Shown here in pieces: positions 27,626-35,434 of a DNA stretch of 35,434 nucleotides. Every line of letters starts with the position of its first letter. Position 1 is the stretch's first letter. The DNA comes from Candidatus Parcubacteria bacterium. Its GTDB lineage: Bacteria > Patescibacteriota > Minisyncoccia > Phycocordibacterales > UBA6065. Below the pieces are notes generated by a model, which was given only the letters and a program-made list of their open reading frames with translations, did no database searches and had not been told where the DNA came from. Location: contig JAIFWQ010000001.1 in assembly GCA_019661795.1 (NCBI GenBank), positions 1 to 35,434 on the forward strand. The letters run 5' to 3'. Both the position numbers and the translations under genes were made by a program.

Positions 27626-28294
27626 ATGAAAAAGACCCTTCTTGTCATACTCGCGCTCGTTATCGTCGGTTTCGGCGCTTTCGCATTCCTTACCCGTCCC
27701 GTCGCAGCCCCTACAGGGAACATCCAGTCTGCGGCAGATGCTCCCGCCGCGACCTCGTCAGCCGTGTATCGCATATCCCAGGCTTCTTCGAAAGTCGAAT
27801 TCCAAATACATGAAACGCTCTACGGCAAACCGAAGCTCGTTATAGGGACGACCAGCCAGATATCAGGAGACATCGCGGTCTCGGGCTCGAAGATCGATAT
27901 CGGCACGATAAAGATCGATGCGAGGACTCTGAAAACCGATAGTTCATCGCGCGATGGGGCGATCGATCGCTTGATCCTCAACGCAGGCAAGGAAGGGAAC
28001 GAATATATCGTCTTCAAGCCGACTTCGGCCGATCTCGCAGGAGCGGGCGCTCCGGGCAAACAGGTTTCTTTCAATGTGACAGGCGATCTCACGATATCAG
28101 GCGTGACCAAGCCGGCTACGTTCATGGTCACTGCGACGATCGCTGGCGACAAAATATCCGGAACAGCTTCGACGACGGTAAAAAGGTCAGACTACGGCCT
28201 CAAGATCCCGAGCTTTTCGTTCATAGCGGATGTCGGCGACCAGTTTTCGGTGAGCGCAGATATCGTCGCGGACAAAATATCAGCCGCACAATAA
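27626..28294 (+). CDS. YceI family lipid/polyisoprenoid-binding protein
   Basis: Signal/TM; SKVEF, TDSSSRD, GDLTISGVTKP and KRSDYG motifs. Confidence 0.88.
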   Translation: MKKTLLVILALVIVGFGAFAFLTRPVAAPTGNIQSAADAPAATSSAVYRISQASSKVEFQIHETLYGKPKLVIGTTSQISGDIAVSGSKIDIGTIKIDARTLKTDSSSRDGAIDRLILNAGKEGNEYIVFKPTSADLAGAGAPGKQVSFNVTGDLTISGVTKPATFMVTATIAGDKISGTASTTVKRSDYGLKIPSFSFIADVGDQFSVSADIVADKISAAQ

Positions 28295-28320
28295 AAAACC
28301 GCGAGACATTTCTCGTGGTT
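28294..28320. terminator. Hairpin with A-tract (terminator for the minus strand)
   Basis: aaaaaaccgcgaga-catt-tctcgtggtt. Confidence 0.55.
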
Positions 28321-28338
28321 CGCGAACCCTGAAGGTTT

Positions 28339-28500
28339 TCAGCAGTCAGCCGCCATCAATTGCAGGTCTGCCGTCGTAAAGGGGGCGCTCGATTGGCCGG
28401 GCTTGATCTTGCCGATGCGTTTGAGCTTGTTTGCGAGCACCTTGCGTAGGTGTGTTTTGCTGACGTCGGAGGGTCTTGCTTTGCCGTGTCGGATGGACAT
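28339..28500 (-). CDS. Possible 53-aa basic protein
   Basis: ATG 28500 gives MSIRHGKARPS...; flanked by minus-strand TTGACT-N17-GATACT and a terminator. Confidence 0.35.
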   Translation of the reverse strand: MSIRHGKARPSDVSKTHLRKVLANKLKRIGKIKPGQSSAPFTTADLQLMAADC

Positions 28501-28570
28501 AGATCGTATGGGGTTGGAGGAGAGCGGTTCGCTTTCCAGTATCGAATAAGGCCTAAAAACAGTCAATCGC

Positions 28571-28599
28571 TTGAAAAGTGGACAACTTCCTGCTAATCT
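28571..28599 (+). promoter_or_regulatory. rplJ-rplL promoter
   Basis: TTGAAA-N17-TAATCT with a TG extension. Confidence 0.65.
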
Positions 28600-28619
28600 C
28601 TATCCCGAAAGGCCGGAGA

Positions 28620-28745
28620 AAGCGCGGCGGCTCGAAGCAGGGGCAGAGAGCCATAATCCTTACTAAGGAAAGCCCGCTGAGGTCGAAACCAGCTGAACGC
28701 TGGTCTCAACTCCTCCGCGTCAGACGAAAGTTTGCGCGGCCTTTT
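28620..28745 (+). promoter_or_regulatory. Ribosomal protein L10 leader
   Basis: GAAGCAGG...TAAT...CCCGCTGAGG matches the L10-leader core; downstream hairpin 28715-28739 plus tttt; directly upstream of rplJ. Confidence 0.7.
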
Positions 28746-28771
28746 AATTATCAGAGCTAGTCGACATATAC

Positions 28772-29269
28772 ATGCCAATAACGAAGGACAGGAAGAAGGA
28801 GCTCATCAAAGAGCTCGAGACAGTCTTCAAGGATTCGAAAGGCGTGGTCTTCGTGGGCTTCAAAGGCCTCAAGGTGAACGACGCGAACAAGATGCGAATG
28901 GCATTCCGCTCGCAGGGCGTCGATTACATCGTGGCCAAGAAGACCCTCATGAACAGGGCTCTCGATGCCGCAAAGATCGAAGGCGCGAAGCCGGAGATCG
29001 CAGGCGAGGTCGCCGTCGCATACAGCGTCGACAATCTCACGCCGGCTCGGGAGATCGGCTCGTTCCTTAAAAAGAACAAGGACATGCTCCAGATCTTGGG
29101 CGGAGTCTTCGAAGGAAGATTCATCACCAAGGCGGACGTCGTGGCCTACAGCTCGATCCCTGACAAGAAGACCCTCTATGCCCAGATCGTCAATCTCTTC
29201 AACTCTCCGATACAGCGCACTGTCATCGCGATGAGCGAGATCGCCAAGAAGAAGGCTCCGGCGGCGTAG
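28772..29269 (+). CDS. rplJ: 50S ribosomal protein L10
   Basis: [22 protein letters not shown]; precedes rplL. Confidence 0.95.
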   Translation: MPITKDRKKELIKELETVFKDSKGVVFVGFKGLKVNDANKMRMAFRSQGVDYIVAKKTLMNRALDAAKIEGAKPEIAGEVAVAYSVDNLTPAREIGSFLKKNKDMLQILGGVFEGRFITKADVVAYSSIPDKKTLYAQIVNLFNSPIQRTVIAMSEIAKKKAPAA

Positions 29270-29297
29270 GCAATTATCAAGCAATCATAAAAATCAT

Positions 29298-29678
29298 ATG
29301 GCAGAAACCCCAGCAAAGTTCAAGTCGATCGTCGATTCCCTCGAATCGATGTCGGTCCTCGACCTTCACGAGCTCGTGAAGCATCTCGAGGAGAAGTTCG
29401 GCGTCTCGGCGGCAGCGGTAGCGGCAGCTCCTGCGGCAGGCGCGGGCGCGGCGGCAGCCGAAGAGAAGTCTACCTTCACGGTAGAATTGAAGGACGGCGG
29501 CGCTTCGAAGATCTCCGTCATCAAGGTGGTCAAGGAAGCCCTCGGCCTCGGTCTCAAGGAGGCGAAAGACCTCGTTGACGGCGCTCCGAAGGTCCTCAAG
29601 GAAGGCGTCAAGAAAGAAGACGCAGAGAAGCTCAAGAAGGACATCGAAGCGGCAGGCGGAAAGGTGGAGCTTAAGTAA
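29298..29678 (+). CDS. rplL: 50S ribosomal protein L7/L12
   Basis: [32 protein letters not shown]. Confidence 0.98.
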   Translation: MAETPAKFKSIVDSLESMSVLDLHELVKHLEEKFGVSAAAVAAAPAAGAGAAAAEEKSTFTVELKDGGASKISVIKVVKEALGLGLKEAKDLVDGAPKVLKEGVKKEDAEKLKKDIEAAGGKVELK

Positions 29679-29684
29679 GACCCT

Positions 29685-29753
29685 TTCTCCCAAAACAAAA
29701 GCCGGAACATCCTCCCAGTCTATTAGGATGTTCCGGCTTTTGTTTTGGGAGAA
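29685..29753. repeat. Perfect 29-bp inverted repeat (probable bidirectional terminator)
   Basis: ttctcccaaaacaaaagccggaacatcct-N11-aggatgttccggcttttgttttgggagaa. Confidence 0.85.
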
Positions 29754-29802
29754 CACGGGTTTGGTTGTGAAAAAAAGAGAAGAATAAAAAAACCGGTGCC
29801 TA

Positions 29803-30357
29803 TCAGGCGCCGGCTTCGAGAAGCAGTTTTTCATTGCCTCCGCATTTTTCGCAACGGGGCTTTTTGCCCGTCTTTTCCTTGGCGAACTTGAGATTACTGA
29901 AATCATGGCGCGATACTTCAAAGACCGTGCCGCAGGGGCATTCGATCGAAAGGGTCACTTTCGCATCGAGGTTTTCCTGCCTACGTTTTAGGCGCTCAGC
30001 GATTTTCTCTTTGACCGTCAGTCTTTTAGAAGAGATCTGGACGGGCTCGTAATGAAACGAGGGTACAGGTCGGATCGTTTTCGTGAAGGATTCACGAAGG
30101 GCTGGTCTGGGAATCAAGGCTGGCTTCGATATCGTCGGCGGTTTCTGAACCGCGAGCGGCGTGACTGCTGCAGGTTTTACGGGTGCCTTGGGGGTTTCGA
30201 TCGGTTTGGAGAAGAACGTCGCTGGAGAGCGTTTGATCTCCTTCAGTCCGATCTCGATCGCCTTCAGGATAACCTTGTTATAGGGGACTTTGATGTTGAC
30301 TGCTATGGTATCCGCTGCAAGTGCAGTAGTGGCAGGTATGAGGAATAGCGTTTGCAT
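29803..30357 (-). CDS. Hypothetical basic protein with a C-terminal zinc ribbon
   Basis: 184-aa ORF fills the intergenic gap; CPCG...CEKC. Confidence 0.6.
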   Translation of the reverse strand: MQTLFLIPATTALAADTIAVNIKVPYNKVILKAIEIGLKEIKRSPATFFSKPIETPKAPVKPAAVTPLAVQKPPTISKPALIPRPALRESFTKTIRPVPSFHYEPVQISSKRLTVKEKIAERLKRRQENLDAKVTLSIECPCGTVFEVSRHDFSNLKFAKEKTGKKPRCEKCGGNEKLLLEAGA

Positions 30358-30476
30358 AAGGGCATATGTGGTTGTGAAAGAGTTTTCCTCCTATAAAGCT
30401 AACGCCGCTGCGCGATTTGTCAATCGTTTTCATATTGTCTTCGAGCGGCGCTTTGATATATACTGCAAACAATCCT

Positions 30477-31055
30477 ATGGTTATCCTCTCACGACTCTTC
30501 GGTTCCGAGCTCCGCGTCAAAATGATGCGCCTCTTTATCTTCAATCCTGATAAGGCGTTCGACGTCAAATACATAGAGGTCAAAACCGGCAGCCGCAGGC
30601 GCGAGATCGAAAAAGAAGCGGCATTCCTCAAAAAGACCGGTCTCGTCCGGACGTCGAGAAAAAAGAAGGTCCTGATCGTCTCCCTCGATCCGAAATTCAA
30701 ATATCTCGCCCCGCTCTCCGATTTCCTCGTAAAGACCCATTCGCTCGAGAACAGGTCGGTCGTCAAAAGGATCGAAAAGGCCGGCAAGATCAAGGCCGTC
30801 GTCGTGTCCGGCATATTCACGGGCCAGCCTGACAGCCGCCTCGACCTGTTCGTGGTGGGGGACAACGTAAGATCGTCATCCATGGACCGCATCGTCAAAG
30901 GCATCGAGTCCGATATGGGCAAAGACATACGCTATGCCGTTCTTTCCGCCCCTGATTACGCCTACCGCGTCAGCATGAACGACAAGCTCATCCGCGACAT
31001 CGTCGATTACCCTCATACCGTGCTTCTCGACAAGATAGGCATCGTCCATTCCTAG
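30477..31055 (+). CDS. HTH + degenerate nucleotidyltransferase-like regulator
   Basis: LFGSELRVKMMRLF N-terminus; SGIF...SRLDLFVVGD; ATG 30477 follows TATACT. Confidence 0.65.
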   Translation: MVILSRLFGSELRVKMMRLFIFNPDKAFDVKYIEVKTGSRRREIEKEAAFLKKTGLVRTSRKKKVLIVSLDPKFKYLAPLSDFLVKTHSLENRSVVKRIEKAGKIKAVVVSGIFTGQPDSRLDLFVVGDNVRSSSMDRIVKGIESDMGKDIRYAVLSAPDYAYRVSMNDKLIRDIVDYPHTVLLDKIGIVHS

Positions 31056-31217
31056 CCCTTATTTAAAGGATTTCTTATCCCCAGCTCTTGCTTCATCGGA
31101 TTTTTTAATTGCTATAATTGATACGTACAAAAGGTCGTTGCGGCGCTCTCCCTTGTGGCCGCACTTGGTACATTTTAGGCAGCATTATTATCAGTATCGT
31201 TAATTTCAATCATTATC

Positions 31218-31913
31218 ATGGTACTTCAAGCATGGGGAAATACGGTCACCGGCGCTTTCCAGGGAATCTGGGGCGGAACGGTCGCTCTTCTCCCTAGCCT
31301 CATAGCGGCTATCGTCATCTTCATCGTCGGCTGGATCATAGGCGCCCTCGTCGGTCGCCTCATCGCTCATCTCATCCGCGCGATCAAGCTCGACGCTGCT
31401 CTCGAGCAGGCCGGCTTCGGCGGCGTCATGAAGCGCGCAGGCTTCAGCCTCAACTCGGGCGCCTTCATCGGCGGCCTCGTCGAGTGGTTCATCATCGTAG
31501 CCTTCCTCGTCGCCTCGTTCGAGGTGCTCGGGCTCACGCAGGTCAACGTCTTCCTCCAGCAGGTAGTCCTCCTCTACTTGCCGCAGGTCATCGTGGCGGT
31601 GCTCATCCTCCTCGTATCGGTCGTCATCGCCGATACGCTCTCGAAGATCGTCGCCGGCTCGGCTCGCGCCGCAGGCGTCCACTCCGCGAACTTCTTGGGC
31701 ACCATCACGAAATGGGCCATCTGGATCTTCGCCCTCCTCGCCGCGCTCGTTCAGCTCGGCATAGCGGTGTCGTTCATCCAGACCCTCTTCACCGGAGTCG
31801 TCGTGGCTCTCTCGCTCGCGTTCGGACTTTCGTTCGGGCTCGGCGGACAGGAAGCGGCGTCCCGCTGGATACAGAGGACTCGCGAAGAGATCGCATCTCA
31901 TCATCGCGACTAG
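31218..31913 (+). CDS. Conserved TM-helix repeat protein (mechanosensitive channel/CmpX-like)
   Basis: Two LPxxIxA repeats; ALSLAFGLSFGLGG; TGcTATAAT at 31110-31118. Confidence 0.8.
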   Translation: MVLQAWGNTVTGAFQGIWGGTVALLPSLIAAIVIFIVGWIIGALVGRLIAHLIRAIKLDAALEQAGFGGVMKRAGFSLNSGAFIGGLVEWFIIVAFLVASFEVLGLTQVNVFLQQVVLLYLPQVIVAVLILLVSVVIADTLSKIVAGSARAAGVHSANFLGTITKWAIWIFALLAALVQLGIAVSFIQTLFTGVVVALSLAFGLSFGLGGQEAASRWIQRTREEIASHHRD

Positions 31914-31948
31914 CCCGATCACGGCTTCTCGCCGATCACTTTAGAAGA

Positions 31949-31988
31949 CAAAGCCGCGCCGCAGGGGAAAACTCCGGGCGCGGCTTTG
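31949..31988. terminator. Terminator-like hairpin
   Basis: caaagccgcgcc/ggcgcggctttg. Confidence 0.6.
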
Positions 31989-32029
31989 CTATCATGGGAA
32001 GGCATTATCATTTAGCAAATTAGAGAATC

Positions 32030-32428
32030 ATGTCTTCCAAAAAGAAGGATATCCTGACCCTCGCCGTGCGGCTCATCGTCGGCGGCATATTTATCACAGC
32101 CGGCTGGATGAAAGTCTCGGCCATGGCGGCGACCCTCGGCTTCTTCAGCTCGCTCGGCATCCCGGCCTTCCTCGTGTACATCGTGTCGTATTCGGAATTG
32201 ATCGGCGGCATCCTCGTCGTTCTCGGTCTCTGGACCTGTGCGGCATCGTTCATCCTTGCCGTCATCATGGCCTTCGCCATGTGGTATAGCCGAAGCATGG
32301 GCTTCCAGGGGATCATGGCTCCGCTCGCCATCCTCGGAGGACTGCTCTCGATCATGGCGTCTGACGCCGGCGCATATGCGGTTCGCCTGAAAAAGGGATC
32401 CGACCAGGCCTCTGTGGCCTCGATATAG
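32030..32428 (+). CDS. DoxX family membrane protein
   Basis: RLIVGGIFITAGWMK, ELIGGILVVLGLWT, GAYAV. Confidence 0.88.
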   Translation: MSSKKKDILTLAVRLIVGGIFITAGWMKVSAMAATLGFFSSLGIPAFLVYIVSYSELIGGILVVLGLWTCAASFILAVIMAFAMWYSRSMGFQGIMAPLAILGGLLSIMASDAGAYAVRLKKGSDQASVASI

Positions 32429-32473
32429 GGCTGTTTTTTGGGCCATTCGGCCAAAGATCTGCCTAAGGACAGA

Positions 32474-32499
32474 AAAGCGGCGCTCGGATGCGCCGCTTT
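32474..32499. terminator. Terminator-like hairpin after doxX
   Basis: aaagcggcgc-tcggat-gcgccgcttt. Confidence 0.6.
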
Positions 32500-32512
32500 C
32501 GCTTGGAAACGC

Positions 32513-32540
32513 TTGACGTTTAAATGGATATAAGTATACT
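32513..32540 (+). promoter_or_regulatory. Promoter P1 upstream of 23S rRNA
   Basis: TTGACG-N16-TATACT. Confidence 0.7.
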
Positions 32541-32555
32541 TACTTTTACCTCAAT

Positions 32556-32638
32556 ATGGTTATTAATTTCACTTTCAAGCGGACTAAATAGGCCATTCAT
32601 TTGGCTCTGTTTCAGTTCCGCTCGAAAGAGCGGTTTTT
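32556..32638 (+). promoter_or_regulatory. Putative attenuator (leader ORF, antiterminator, terminator)
   Basis: ORF MVINFTFKRTK 32556-32591; long hairpin 32572-32628 mutually exclusive with ccgctc-gaaa-gagcgg-ttttt 32618-32638. Confidence 0.5.
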
Positions 32639-32659
32639 AATTTTTTGAGGGGCTGTTTT

Positions 32660-32724
32660 TTGACAATAGAATCCCACCCTCGTTAGTCTTTTCAGCCCGT
32701 TAAAAGGCTGGATGGTCTTTTCAA
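32660..32724 (+). promoter_or_regulatory. Promoter P2 with boxB/boxA-like elements
   Basis: TTGACA-N18-TAGTCT; hairpin cagcc/ggctg 32693-32710; tggtcttttcaa 32713-32724. Confidence 0.5.
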
Positions 32725-32848
32725 GAGCGAAGAGGTGGCCGTTCCGTACGTTAGATCGTGCGGGACGAATCCTGCATTTTCCTGGAAAGAGAATGCAGCG
32801 ACAGGTAAATTAAATTGTAAGAAAAGTTAAGTGGTTTTTAAATTTCCT

Positions 32849-35411
<2,563 letters not shown>

Positions 35412-35414
35412 CCC

Positions 35415-35434
35415 AGATCGGAAGAGCACTCGTC
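35415..35434 (+). other. Illumina TruSeq adapter remnant (assembly artefact)
   Basis: agatcggaagagcactcgtc matches AGATCGGAAGAGCACACGTC at 19 of 20 positions. Confidence 0.93.

Overview
A core chromosomal segment of a moderately GC-rich Patescibacteria (CPR, Parcubacteria-like) genome; the taxon is inferred from gene content and style. Gene order: type-2 ileS with an inserted histidine-phosphatase domain, recO, an Ig-like membrane protein, glyQS, an M16 peptidase, an AI-2E transporter, metG, tatD, rpsF-ssb-rpsR, a minus-strand ftsK-small protein-recA unit plus efp, a four-helix-bundle/winged-HTH gene, a cell-surface cluster (S-layer-like protein, two lamin-tail proteins, a beta-helix/lipase, YceI), rplJ-rplL with an L10 leader, several small genes, and a stand-alone 23S rRNA gene truncated by Illumina adapter sequence. 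No CRISPR array, tRNA, transposase or prophage is seen. The most notable unexplained structures are: (1) an array of (A/T)TAAAGGACA-like direct repeats covering the HTH gene promoter and recurring inside its linker-coding DNA in all three reading frames; (2) a leader-peptide/antiterminator/terminator module upstream of the unlinked 23S gene; (3) a ~410-nt multibranch structured leader with a boxA-like element before the S-layer-like gene; (4) no TGA stop among 28 genes.
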